The notes below the pieces were generated by a model that was not told where the DNA came from, ran no database searches, and saw only the letters and a list, made by a program, of their open reading frames with translations. Below, piece after piece: positions 8,195 to 17,702 of a stretch of 32,000 bases of DNA; position 1 is the stretch's first letter, and the number at the start of each line of letters is the position of its first letter. The position numbers were made by a program, and so were the translations under genes. The stretch is taken from assembly GCF_000020225.1 (NCBI RefSeq), contig NC_010655.1:1920001-1952000 (forward strand). The letters run 5' to 3'. The DNA comes from Akkermansia muciniphila ATCC BAA-835 (lineage in GTDB: Bacteria; Verrucomicrobiota; Verrucomicrobiia; Verrucomicrobiales; Akkermansiaceae).

Positions 8195-9577
8195 TTACCG
8201 GATGGGGTTCAGGAACAGGGGCATCAGGCCCCCCAGCACGATGAAGATGGAAAACGCGGCCAGCATGACTCCGGAAATGGCCGGTACCTGCACGGGTTCT
8301 GCGTTTTCTGCGGGCTTGTCCCAGTACATGGAGCGGATGACCTTGAAGTAATAGTAAAACCCGGATGCAGCGCAGACGATCATGACGGGGAGCATCCAAC
8401 CCAGATACAGACCCGTATTGATGACGTGCACGAAAGAAATCATTTTGGCGAAAAATCCGGCCGTCAGCGGCACGCCCGCCAGGGAGGCGAACATGATGGT
8501 GACCGCCAGCGCCAGCCGGGGATTGGTTTTGCCCAGACCGCGGAACGCGGAAATTTCCTCGCTCCCGCGCTGGATGCGGATCATGGCAAGGGCGAAAAAG
8601 GCGCCGAAGGTCATGACCAGGTACACAGCCAGGTAGAACGGGGCGTTCGGAGCCAGCTTGCCGTCCACAGTACCGATAAACAGGGGAAGAATGAAGCCTG
8701 CCTGTGCAATGGAAGAATACCCCATCATGCGTTTCAGGTTCGTCTGGGGAATGGCGCCCAGGTTGCCCACCAGCAGGGTGGCGGCGGCCATCAGGGCTAC
8801 GACGAATTCGACGGGAGGCAGCACGGCGAATGGGGCCAGGATGATGCCGAACAGGGCGAATCCGGCTACCTTGGAGGCTACGGAAAGGAAAGCTGTCACC
8901 GGAGTGGGAGCGCCCTGGTACACATCCGGAATCCACAGCTGCATGGGAACTGCACCGATTTTGAATGCTGTACCGAGCAGCAGCATGGCGAGGGCCAGGT
9001 ACATGGCGGGGGCTGTCTGGCCGGCCAGGGCGTGGCTGACGATCGTTTCATTATAAATGAATGTTCCCGTAATGCCGAAATACCAGGCCAGGCCGAAAAC
9101 GAGAAACCCCGTGCTGACGGCGCCCAGAATCAGGTACTTGATGCCCGCTTCCGTGGAACCCAGGTTCCGCCGGAAGTAGCCTACCATGATGAAGGAACTC
9201 AGGGTGAGCACTTCCAGGGAGACGAACAGTTCCACTAGGTTGGATGCCTTGCACAGGGAGGTGATGCCTACGCAGGCCAGCAGGGGCAGGATGTAGAATT
9301 CCCCCGTTCCGTCCTGGGATTTGGAATCATTGGAGGAAAGGTTGATGACGGCCCGGAAATCTACGGAAAGCAACAGGGTGACTGCTGTGGCGACGAGCGC
9401 CAGGATGATGTAGATGTTGTCATAGAGCCCTTCCATGTAGAAGGGAAGCATCGCCAGGGTTCCCGCCGCGCCAATCAGCCCGAAAATAAATTTGGGCGTT
9501 TTTTTGCAGAAGGTCTCCGCCAGAAGCAAAAGCATTGCCAGGCCGGCCAGGATGAATTCCGGAATATACGCTTGCAT
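8195..9577 (-). CDS. nuoN: NADH-quinone oxidoreductase subunit N
   Basis: The 460-aa polytopic antiporter-like subunit is last in the nuo gene order and has typical NuoN segments (YSSIAQAGFIL, FFAKMISF). Confidence 0.9.
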   Translation of the reverse strand: MQAYIPEFILAGLAMLLLLAETFCKKTPKFIFGLIGAAGTLAMLPFYMEGLYDNIYIILALVATAVTLLLSVDFRAVINLSSNDSKSQDGTGEFYILPLLACVGITSLCKASNLVELFVSLEVLTLSSFIMVGYFRRNLGSTEAGIKYLILGAVSTGFLVFGLAWYFGITGTFIYNETIVSHALAGQTAPAMYLALAMLLLGTAFKIGAVPMQLWIPDVYQGAPTPVTAFLSVASKVAGFALFGIILAPFAVLPPVEFVVALMAAATLLVGNLGAIPQTNLKRMMGYSSIAQAGFILPLFIGTVDGKLAPNAPFYLAVYLVMTFGAFFALAMIRIQRGSEEISAFRGLGKTNPRLALAVTIMFASLAGVPLTAGFFAKMISFVHVINTGLYLGWMLPVMIVCAASGFYYYFKVIRSMYWDKPAENAEPVQVPAISGVMLAAFSIFIVLGGLMPLFLNPIR

Positions 9578-9627
9578 GGGTAAAAGAGAATCAGGTTAGA
9601 CTAGGATTGTATTCGGAAGGGAGGAAA

Positions 9628-11052
9628 TCAGGAGAAAAACTGGAGCACCAGCGTGGGGAAGAAGCCGAAGACCGCCAGGGCGATGACCAGGAAGCAGTTG
9701 GCCGCCCGTTCGGAGGGCTGCAGTCCCGTGGCGTAGGCGGAGGCTTTGGACAAATCTCCCTGGAAAATATTGCGGTAGGCCCTCAGCATGTATACCGCGC
9801 CGATGACCAGTCCCCAGAGGCACAGGATGGTGGCGATTTGAACGGGGCCGAAGCCGTTGCTGAAACCGGCGAAACCGGAGAAGAAGACCATGAATTCCCC
9901 CGGGAAATTGGCGAGGCCGGGGAGGCCGATGGAAGCCATGCCCGCCAGGCCGAAAACGAAAGCCATGCGCGGCAGCCTGGTGCTCAGTCCGCCCAGAGAG
10001 TTGATTTCCAATGTGCCTGTTTGCTTTTCAATCTGCCCGCAGAGCAGAAAGAGAAGGGCGATTGTCAGGCCATGGGCCAGCATCAGCAGGGCAGCTCCTT
10101 TCAGCGCCCAGGGATTGGCTTCCGCAGAACCGGAAACTACCAGGGCGGCGAAAGCCAGGAAGATATAGCCCATGTGCATCACGGAAGAGTTGCCCAGCAA
10201 CAGGTCCAGCCTTTTCTGGTTGACGGTTACGTACCCCACCCAAATGACATTGCAGACGAGCAGGACCAGCAGGATATTCGTCCAGGGAAGGAATCCTGTT
10301 TCCATCAGCGGCTGGAACATGAAGAGCCCGTACAGGCCAAATTTTTTAAGCACTCCGGCATGCATCATCGCTACCGGAGCGGGAGCGGATGCGTATGCGG
10401 GGGCTGCCCAGGAATGGAAGGGGAAGAGGGAAATCAGCGTGCCGAACCCGGCGATGAGCAGGGCCCCGATGAGTTCCGCGTGGGCAAGTTCGCGCCCGCT
10501 GGCCATGAAGTCTTTCAGGCCGGAGAAGGTGAAGCCTGCCTGCGTACCGATCATCAGCAGGGCTGCCAGCAGCACCATGGAGGCAAGCCCCAGGTAAAGC
10601 GTGGCGCGCCAGGCCGTGGTGCGGCGGTCGCCGCGTCCATACAGGCCGATCATCACGAAGGTGGGGATAAGAGCCAGTTCATGGAAGGCGAAGAAGGAGA
10701 TTATGTTGTCGGACAGGAACGCCCCGGTGGCGCCTGCGGAAATCAGAAGGGCGGAGTTGTACCAGGAAGCTTCCCCCCCCTGGGGCGGGTTGGTGCCCAA
10801 TACGGTGGCGAAGGTAACCAGGATGGTCAGCAGCAGCATTACTTTGGACAGGGCCGGAGCCAACGTGAGCTGGAGGTCCATCCCTTCAAAACGGGACCAG
10901 CAGGAAGAACAGCCGTCAAAGCTAACCAGGGCCCAGATGCCGAGGGCCAGCGTCAGGGAGGCGCTGAGCAGGGCTGTCGGGCGTGCGGGCGCCTTGCACA
11001 GACCGATGAGGGCCGCGGCAATCAGAGGAATGAGAACAAGCCAGATAAGCAT
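9628..11052 (-). CDS. nuoM: NADH-quinone oxidoreductase subunit M
   Basis: This is an antiporter-like subunit (HSWAAPAYASAPAPVAMMHAGVLKKFGLYG). The tracked ORF reaches 11121 and would overlap the nuoL 3' end. ATG 11052 (MLIWLVLIPLIAAAL) starts 22 nt after the nuoL stop and gives a normal N-terminus. Confidence 0.9.
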   Translation of the reverse strand: MLIWLVLIPLIAAALIGLCKAPARPTALLSASLTLALGIWALVSFDGCSSCWSRFEGMDLQLTLAPALSKVMLLLTILVTFATVLGTNPPQGGEASWYNSALLISAGATGAFLSDNIISFFAFHELALIPTFVMIGLYGRGDRRTTAWRATLYLGLASMVLLAALLMIGTQAGFTFSGLKDFMASGRELAHAELIGALLIAGFGTLISLFPFHSWAAPAYASAPAPVAMMHAGVLKKFGLYGLFMFQPLMETGFLPWTNILLVLLVCNVIWVGYVTVNQKRLDLLLGNSSVMHMGYIFLAFAALVVSGSAEANPWALKGAALLMLAHGLTIALLFLLCGQIEKQTGTLEINSLGGLSTRLPRMAFVFGLAGMASIGLPGLANFPGEFMVFFSGFAGFSNGFGPVQIATILCLWGLVIGAVYMLRAYRNIFQGDLSKASAYATGLQPSERAANCFLVIALAVFGFFPTLVLQFFS

Positions 11053-11074
11053 GGTATGTGATTGGTTGGTTAGG

Positions 11075-12907
11075 TTAGCAGGAATAGAAGACGGTAAAGT
11101 AGATGACCAGGAGCAGGCCAATGCCGAAGAGAGCCGTATAGGCGGCCATGTTGCCGGACTGCAGGCGGCGCAGCAGGGAGCCTATGGCGGCGGTCAACCG
11201 CGCCAGTCCGCCAACGATGAGGCCGGAGATGATGAACTGGTCCATAAAGTCGATGATGGCGGCCAGAACGCCCTGGACTCCCCTGACCAGCACTTTATCA
11301 TAGAACAGATCAATATAAAGGCGGTTGGCGAGAGCCCGGGAAACGGCATTGCCGGAGAGTTTGTCAGAAGCCGGGGAGCCTGCGTAGAAGGCAGCCGCCA
11401 GCAGGATTCCGAGCACCAGCGCCCCCATGGAGACGTAGAAGGGCATGCCCATGTGGAAGCTTTCGGAAACGAATCCGTTGAAAGGAACCAGCCTGTCTGC
11501 GATGAACCCGTAGCCGGAGATGAGAGCCAGGACAGCCAGAATCAGCAGGGGCACCAGCATGAGGCCGCCAACTTCCGAGGCGTGTTCCGAACTGTGGCTG
11601 CGGCTCTTGCCGAAGAAGACCACAAAGATGACACGCATCATATAGAAGGTTGTCAGCAGGGCTACGCCCGCGCCGATCCAGAAGAAGACCGGGTTTTTGC
11701 GAAGGGCTGCTTCCAGAATGGCTTCCTTGGAGAAGAAGCCGGACGTGAACGGAATGGCAATCAGCGCCATGGTGGCAATGATGAAGGTGAGGGAAGTCAG
11801 CTTCATGCGCTTCATGATGCCGCCCATTTTCCAGATGTCCTGTTCATGGTGGCAGGCGAAGATGATGGCACCGGCGCCCAGGAAGAGCAGAGCCTTGAAC
11901 CATGCGTGGGTGAAGAGGTGGAACATGGCTGCCTCCCCGGCCAGAAGTCCCAGGGCCATGACCATATAGCCGAGCTGGGAGAGGGTGGAATAGGCCAGGA
12001 CGCGTTTGATGTCATTCTGCTGGGTGGCCATGAAGGCGGCGATGACGGCCGTAATGGCTCCGATGCCGGCAATGACATTGCAGGCCAGGGCGGGGAAGGC
12101 CTCAATGCCGATGGAGTATTGAACGCGCACCATCATGTAAACGCCGGCGGCTACCATGGTGGCCGCATGGATCAGGGCGGAGACGGGGGTGGGGCCTTCC
12201 ATGGCGTCCGGAAGCCAGACGTGCAACGGGAATTGGGCGGATTTGCCCACCGCTCCGCAGAAGAGGCACAGTACCGTAATGTTCAGCAGGTTTTCACTGA
12301 TTCCTGCGGGTATTTCCATCAGGCTGAAATCCAGCGTGTTGGTCAGCGCCCAGAGAGTCAGAATGCCGATCAGGAAGCCGAAGTCCCCGACGCGGTTGCA
12401 GATGAAGGCTTTTTTGGCGGCGTTGGCGGCAGTGTCCCGTGTGTACCAGTGGCCGATAAGCAGATAGGAGGAGAGGCCCACCAATTCCCAGAAGATAAAG
12501 GTCATGGCGATGTTGTTCGCCAGGACGATGCCCGTCATGGAGAACATGAAAAGGCTCAGGCATGCGAAGTAGCGTGTTTTGGCCTTGTCGTCCGCCATGT
12601 AACCCAGAGAGAAAACATGGACCAGCAGGCCGATGCCCGTGACCACCAGCATCATGCGGGAGGAAAGGGGATCCAGCACGAAACCCAGGTCCACGGAAGA
12701 GATGTCGGAAATCGGGAGCCAGGAGAAGGAATCGGATCCGGTCCGGTCCAGCAGACCCAGGGAAAGGACGAAGGTCGCCAGGCAGGAGAAGGTGGAGGTG
12801 AGGGCTGCGACGTCAGGACGTTTGGTCAGCAGGAACCAGTCAAAGGCGGCTACGACCAGCGGCAGGAAGAGCAGAAGCCAGGTGTATTGAATATCAATAT
12901 TGAACAT
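11075..12907 (-). CDS. nuoL: NADH-quinone oxidoreductase subunit L
   Basis: At 610 aa it is the largest antiporter-like subunit (FIFWELVGLSSYLLIGHWY, HVWLPDAMEGPTPVSALIHAATMV), with a C-terminal lateral-helix region. Confidence 0.93.
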   Translation of the reverse strand: MFNIDIQYTWLLLFLPLVVAAFDWFLLTKRPDVAALTSTFSCLATFVLSLGLLDRTGSDSFSWLPISDISSVDLGFVLDPLSSRMMLVVTGIGLLVHVFSLGYMADDKAKTRYFACLSLFMFSMTGIVLANNIAMTFIFWELVGLSSYLLIGHWYTRDTAANAAKKAFICNRVGDFGFLIGILTLWALTNTLDFSLMEIPAGISENLLNITVLCLFCGAVGKSAQFPLHVWLPDAMEGPTPVSALIHAATMVAAGVYMMVRVQYSIGIEAFPALACNVIAGIGAITAVIAAFMATQQNDIKRVLAYSTLSQLGYMVMALGLLAGEAAMFHLFTHAWFKALLFLGAGAIIFACHHEQDIWKMGGIMKRMKLTSLTFIIATMALIAIPFTSGFFSKEAILEAALRKNPVFFWIGAGVALLTTFYMMRVIFVVFFGKSRSHSSEHASEVGGLMLVPLLILAVLALISGYGFIADRLVPFNGFVSESFHMGMPFYVSMGALVLGILLAAAFYAGSPASDKLSGNAVSRALANRLYIDLFYDKVLVRGVQGVLAAIIDFMDQFIISGLIVGGLARLTAAIGSLLRRLQSGNMAAYTALFGIGLLLVIYFTVFYSC

Positions 12908-12930
12908 GTTCGTGGAGTAGTGTGTTGCTC

Positions 12931-13248
12931 TTAATCTTTCAGCGTGTTGAGATCTTGCGTGCTGGCCGTGCGCCTGGCCCTGTACAGGGAGACGATGAGG
13001 GCTAGGCCGATAGCCACTTCCGCTGCGGCGATGGTCAGGATAAAGATGGAGAGGGCCTGGCCGTCATAGTTGGGCAGGCCCATAGTGCCCTGGGCGCGGG
13101 AAAACGCTACCAGGGACAGGTTGGCAGCACTGAGCATCATTTCCAGGCACATGAAGATGACGATGATGTCGCGCCGGACAATCACCCCCATCAGGCCGAT
13201 GGCGAACAGGACGCCGGAGAGGATCAGATAATGCGTAAGAGGTATCAT
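12931..13248 (-). CDS. nuoK: NADH-quinone oxidoreductase subunit K
   Basis: It is 105 aa with 3 TM helices, and carries the conserved motifs (FMCLEMMLSAANL, LTIAAAEVAIGLALIV). Confidence 0.92.
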   Translation of the reverse strand: MIPLTHYLILSGVLFAIGLMGVIVRRDIIVIFMCLEMMLSAANLSLVAFSRAQGTMGLPNYDGQALSIFILTIAAAEVAIGLALIVSLYRARRTASTQDLNTLKD

Positions 13249-13273
13249 GGTGATGGCTGTGGTAAGGGGTTCT

Positions 13274-13984
13274 TTATTTTCCGGAAGGGCGGCGGCTCAG
13301 CACGACGACGCCGATGGAAGCCACCAGCAGGGCCAGACCGGCGATGACCAGGCTCCGGTTGTATTTGTCAAACAGGGTACGGCCCAGCAGGGCGGTGTCC
13401 GGGAATTCTCCGTTGTCTATCTCCTCACGGATGGTGGTGCCTTCCGGATAGAGGTGGGCGGAACATTGGGGGGAGAGGGGGGGGAGAATGACGGAAGGGG
13501 CGCCGTTGTTGCGAAGGCCGCAGGCGGGAGTTTCCATTCCGGTTTTGGAGGGGGCTGCGTCCTCCTGCCCGATTTTCAAATCGTTCCAGGCCTGTTCCGC
13601 GCTGGCCATCGGGCAGCGGTGCGTTTCTTTGGCGCCAGGCAAAGAATAGATGATGCCAATAAGCTGGCCGAGGAAGAGGCCGGCGATGATGATACCGATA
13701 GCGACGGAGAAAGGCCTGCTGAAGGGGGATGTTTCCTGCTTCACATTCAGCAGCATGATGATGAACGCGAAGAGCACCATAATGGCCCCGGCGTATACAA
13801 GGATTTGGAGAATGCCCAGGAAGTGGGCTCCCAGCCCGATCATGACGGCGGCGGTGGCTCCAAAGGAAAGAGCCATCATCATGGCGGAGGAGACGGGGTT
13901 GCGCATGAAGACGACCATCAGGGACAGGACCACGGCCAGGGCCCCGAAAACGTAAAAAAGTATGTCGCTGGCAAAGATGTTCAT
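13274..13984 (-). CDS. nuoJ: NADH-quinone oxidoreductase subunit J, with an enlarged TM4-TM5 loop
   Basis: The NuoJ core is present (ILVYAGAIMVLFAFIIMLLN). At 236 aa it is long for this subunit; the excess is a roughly 90-aa hydrophilic loop. Confidence 0.88.
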   Translation of the reverse strand: MNIFASDILFYVFGALAVVLSLMVVFMRNPVSSAMMMALSFGATAAVMIGLGAHFLGILQILVYAGAIMVLFAFIIMLLNVKQETSPFSRPFSVAIGIIIAGLFLGQLIGIIYSLPGAKETHRCPMASAEQAWNDLKIGQEDAAPSKTGMETPACGLRNNGAPSVILPPLSPQCSAHLYPEGTTIREEIDNGEFPDTALLGRTLFDKYNRSLVIAGLALLVASIGVVVLSRRPSGK

Positions 13985-14012
13985 AACGTACGGGAAATGG
14001 AGTGTTCGGGGG

Positions 14013-14576
14013 TTATTTGTATTGGTTCCACTTGTTGACCAGCCCCTTGCGGGTGCCGCCCAGTTCGTAGAGCTTGGCCTTGTTGTGGATGGCCTGGGTT
14101 TTATCCGTGGGGGTGAACAGGTAGTTATGGCTCATGAAGATGGCCTGTTCCGGGCAGGCTTCCTCGCACATGCCGCAGTAGATGCAGCGCAGCATGTCAA
14201 TCTGAAATTCCCTGGGGGCTTTTTCCACTTTGCCCCACGGTCCTTCCTGTATGGGGCCGGGGGTGATGGTGATGGCGCGGGCCGGGCAGATGAATTCGCA
14301 GAGCTGGCAGGAAACGCAGCGTTCACGGCCGTCTTCGCCTTTCACCAGCACGGGAGCTCCGCGGTAATATTTCGGCAGATGTTTGTCCCATCTGGCTTCC
14401 GGATATTGCATCGTAACGCCGATGCCGGAACCGGCCAGTTCTTTTTTGTTGCGGGATTTGCCCAGCAGAGCCAGAACGAGATGCCTGATAGTGAGCCAAA
14501 GACCGCCAAGAATGGATTGCAGATAGAACCGCTCTCCAAGGGAAATCTTCGGACGCTTGATCGTTTTGAAGGCCAT
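14013..14576 (-). CDS. nuoI: NADH-quinone oxidoreductase subunit I (2x[4Fe-4S] ferredoxin)
   Basis: It has two CxxCxxCxxxCP motifs: CVSCQLCEFICP and CIYCGMCEEACP. The tracked start at 14669 overlaps nuoH. ATG 14576 (MAFKTIKRPK) sits 34 nt after the nuoH stop. Confidence 0.92.
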   Translation of the reverse strand: MAFKTIKRPKISLGERFYLQSILGGLWLTIRHLVLALLGKSRNKKELAGSGIGVTMQYPEARWDKHLPKYYRGAPVLVKGEDGRERCVSCQLCEFICPARAITITPGPIQEGPWGKVEKAPREFQIDMLRCIYCGMCEEACPEQAIFMSHNYLFTPTDKTQAIHNKAKLYELGGTRKGLVNKWNQYK

Positions 14577-14610
14577 AATAGTAATGTTGTCGGAATGAAG
14601 AAGGGGGGGA

Positions 14611-15879
14611 TTACTTGACGAAGTACAGGATGGCGGCTGTAAGGAAGATGTTGATGACGGCCAGTTCAAAGAAGACCATCCAGCCGAGCTTCATCACCTG
14701 GTCATAGCGGAAGCGGGGGAGCGTCCACCGCACCCAGACGAAGAAGAAGGCGAAGAAGAGAAGCTTGAGCACATATGCGATGAGCTGGCAGATGACCGCC
14801 ACCCAGTTGGCTACGTTTTCATTGAGCCAGCCGTCCAGGCCGAAGCCGATGGACCAGCCCCCCAGGAACAGCGTGATGACAAGGGAGGATCCCACCACCA
14901 TGGCGGCATATTCCCCCATGAAGAATTGGGCGAATTTCATGGAGGAGTATTCCGTATGGTAGCCGCCCACGAGGTCCGTTTCACATTCGGACATGTCAAA
15001 CGGCGTACGGTTGGCTTCCGCAAAAATGGAGGTGAGGAATATGATGAAACTGATAGCTACGGGCACCAGCAGTATCCAGCGCTGCCAGCTCAGGCCCTCG
15101 CCCCACACGGGAAGCAGGAGCCAGCCGTTGGCGGCCTGGTATTCCACGATGTTGGACAGGTCCAGCGTGCTGTAAATCATCAGCACAGGGATGATGGACA
15201 GACCCATGCTGATTTCATAGGAAATCATCTGGGCTGAGGAGCGCACGCCGCCCAGGAAGGGGAATTTGGAGTTGGATGACCATCCGGCCAGCACCAGTCC
15301 GTACACGGAGAGGGAGGAGATGGCGAACATCCAGAGGGGGCCTACGCTGAGGTTGGCCACCGCCATGTTGACGTTTCCGTAAGAGGTTTGAAGGTCTCCG
15401 GCGAAGGGAACCACGGCCGCCGTCATCAGCGGTGGCGCAAGCACCAGGATGGGAGCGATCCAGAAGTATACGCGGCGTACGAAGGGGGGCGTGAAATCCT
15501 GTTTCAGGAACAGTTTGCCGCCGTCCACCATGGGCTGCACGAGACCGAAGATGGGGATGTCGCGGTCCAGGCGGAAAAAACGGCACAGGTTGGCGATTTT
15601 GCCGTCATGGGGCAACCCGAAGTAGTCCAGCGTCTTTTTGAACGGCAGGTCGGATTTCATGCCGAAGCGGCGGAAGATGCTTAACGGAATGCCGGCGCGG
15701 TTGGGGCCTACGCGGTCCTGGATCCAGGCGGCCACCCGGCGTTCAATGTACACGCAGACCGGAATGAACAGAATGGTGATGGCAAAGCAGATGACGATTT
15801 TGATCAGCAGAGTGATGATATAAAACCACACAGGGTTGCTGAGCACCTCGTCGCAAAAGGTTAGAATCGAATCAATCAT
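14611..15879 (-). CDS. nuoH: NADH-quinone oxidoreductase subunit H, with an insertion in the TM1-TM2 loop
   Basis: The NuoH/ND1 motifs ERRVAAWIQDRVGPNRAG and GLVQPMVDGGKLFLKQDF are present, and the fold is polytopic. It is 422 aa, against roughly 325-365 aa in the model enzymes. Confidence 0.9.
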   Translation of the reverse strand: MIDSILTFCDEVLSNPVWFYIITLLIKIVICFAITILFIPVCVYIERRVAAWIQDRVGPNRAGIPLSIFRRFGMKSDLPFKKTLDYFGLPHDGKIANLCRFFRLDRDIPIFGLVQPMVDGGKLFLKQDFTPPFVRRVYFWIAPILVLAPPLMTAAVVPFAGDLQTSYGNVNMAVANLSVGPLWMFAISSLSVYGLVLAGWSSNSKFPFLGGVRSSAQMISYEISMGLSIIPVLMIYSTLDLSNIVEYQAANGWLLLPVWGEGLSWQRWILLVPVAISFIIFLTSIFAEANRTPFDMSECETDLVGGYHTEYSSMKFAQFFMGEYAAMVVGSSLVITLFLGGWSIGFGLDGWLNENVANWVAVICQLIAYVLKLLFFAFFFVWVRWTLPRFRYDQVMKLGWMVFFELAVINIFLTAAILYFVK

Positions 15880-15914
15880 GGCGGATTAACAGGTTGTATG
15901 CGTGTGAAGTGTGA

Positions 15915-17651
15915 TTAGCGGCCCTGGTTTTTTTCGCGTTCCACCACGGGAATGGTGACGCCGGTTTCCAGAATGGGCTGGCCCCCGTCTCCGATGGAAC
16001 CCCAGGAGACTCCATTGAGTGCGCCGTATTCCGTGCTCATGGCGGTGAGGATGTCCAGGGCGGAGTTGAAGTCTTTCAGAGCAGGATTGCCTCCCAGCAG
16101 AAGGGTGATGTCTCTGAAAATCTGCCAGTCGTCCCGGGCGTATCCTATGGGCTGGATAGCGCGGTTCAGGCGTTGAATACGGCCCGTGACATTAATCATG
16201 GTGCCGAATTTTTCAGCGTAGGTGACGCCCGGCAGAACCAGGTCCGCATGGCGCGCCGTTTCATTGGCACTGTGGGCGGTCATGAACAGGTAGTCCAGCT
16301 TGTCCAGATCTTCCGCCGTGAAGCCTGCTTCCGGGGAGATGAGGTCTTCCCCCAGGGAGAGGATGCCCTTGATGGAACCGCTGCGAACTCCTTCGCGAAT
16401 GGCGTCCAGCCTGGAACCGGGTTCGATATCCAGCACCAGCCTGGCCCCGTTCGTGTTCGGGTTGCGATCCGCAGAAATAAGCATGCCGTCGCTTTCTCCC
16501 ATGCGGGGAACGATGTCCACCATATCCGTGCCGATTTGGGCGGCCAGATGGCGGACCATGTAAAGTTCTTCATTGGTCATGCGCCCGGAGGCAATGATGG
16601 CGAGCTGGTTCGGAGCAATGCGCTTGACGGCTTCCGCGGCGGAAGCCAGAGCCGGTTCCCAGGTGGAGGGGCGGTGGGGCGCTTCCGCATCCGTACGGAT
16701 GACGGGCTGGGGAATGCGGGTTTCCGCATTGATATATTTGTAGTTAAGGCGGTGAGAGTCCGGCATCCAGCAGGAGTTTACGGCATCATTCTGGCGCGGG
16801 GTAATGCGGTATACCTTGTCTTCCCTTGTCCAGAGGGTGATATTGGTGCCCGTTCCGCAGTCCACGTCAATGGTCTTTGTTTCCTTCAGGAACCAGACGC
16901 GCATTTTAAAGCGGAAATCCTTGGAAGTAAGGGCTCCTACCGGGCAGAGGTCCACGGTGTTCATGGAGTAGTTGCTGTCCAGCTCGCGGCCGGGGTAAAC
17001 CGTGATGGCGTTGAAGGTGCCGCGTTGGGACATGGTGAGCACCTCATCGTGCATGATGTCGCGCATGAAGCGCACGCAGCGGCCGCAGAGCACGCAGCGT
17101 TCTTGGTCCAGGTTCACGCGCGGGCCAATGCTCAGGTTTTTCCCTTTTTTGGTCTTTTTCTCTTCAAAACGGCCTTCCACCTGGCCGTAGTCGTTGGAGT
17201 ATTCCTGAAGCTTGCATTCCCCGGCCTGGTCGCAGATGGGGCAGTCCAGAGGGTGGCTGGTGAGCAGAAATTCCATTACGCCGCGGCGCGCTTCACTGGC
17301 CAGGGGGCTGTCCGTGCGGATGCCCATGTTTTCCGCCACCGTGTTTGCGCAGGAGATGATGGGGCGGGGCATCCACTGGATGCGCTGATAGCCGTTTTCA
17401 TCATAGGAGGGTGTCTGTCCCGGAGCGAGCCTGGGCGGCATCCCCTGTTCCACCATGCACATGCGGCAGGAGCCGGCGACAGCCAGCTTGGGGTGGTAGC
17501 AGAAGCACGGAATGGGCACGCCCACGGAACGGCAGGCGTCTGCAATCCGCGTGCCGCGCGGGAACCGGTGCCACGTTCCGTTGATTTGGACGTTCACCTT
17601 GCCTTCCGCGGCGGCAATGTCTTTGGGGAGTTTGGAAGCTTCTTCACTCAT
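15915..17651 (-). CDS. nuoG: NADH-quinone oxidoreductase subunit G (short, 578 aa)
   Basis: It has the [2Fe-2S] motif CYHPKLAVAGSCRMCMVE, then HPLDCPICDQAGECKLQ, CVLCGRCVRF and CPVGALT, followed by a molybdopterin-oxidoreductase-like domain. Confidence 0.92.
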   Translation of the reverse strand: MSEEASKLPKDIAAAEGKVNVQINGTWHRFPRGTRIADACRSVGVPIPCFCYHPKLAVAGSCRMCMVEQGMPPRLAPGQTPSYDENGYQRIQWMPRPIISCANTVAENMGIRTDSPLASEARRGVMEFLLTSHPLDCPICDQAGECKLQEYSNDYGQVEGRFEEKKTKKGKNLSIGPRVNLDQERCVLCGRCVRFMRDIMHDEVLTMSQRGTFNAITVYPGRELDSNYSMNTVDLCPVGALTSKDFRFKMRVWFLKETKTIDVDCGTGTNITLWTREDKVYRITPRQNDAVNSCWMPDSHRLNYKYINAETRIPQPVIRTDAEAPHRPSTWEPALASAAEAVKRIAPNQLAIIASGRMTNEELYMVRHLAAQIGTDMVDIVPRMGESDGMLISADRNPNTNGARLVLDIEPGSRLDAIREGVRSGSIKGILSLGEDLISPEAGFTAEDLDKLDYLFMTAHSANETARHADLVLPGVTYAEKFGTMINVTGRIQRLNRAIQPIGYARDDWQIFRDITLLLGGNPALKDFNSALDILTAMSTEYGALNGVSWGSIGDGGQPILETGVTIPVVEREKNQGR

Positions 17652-17702
17652 GATGACGGATGGAGAGGGATGGTTTTGAGAACTGGTGTTGCGTGCTGCT
17701 GT

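Noticed and set aside
14577-14669. N-terminal extensions of tracked ORFs: nuoI to 14669, nuoM to 11121, DUF3472-like to 7894, POT to 3353
   Set aside because: The extensions overlap the 3' end of the upstream gene, or a terminator, and add non-conserved residues. Internal ATGs give canonical N-termini or signal peptides.
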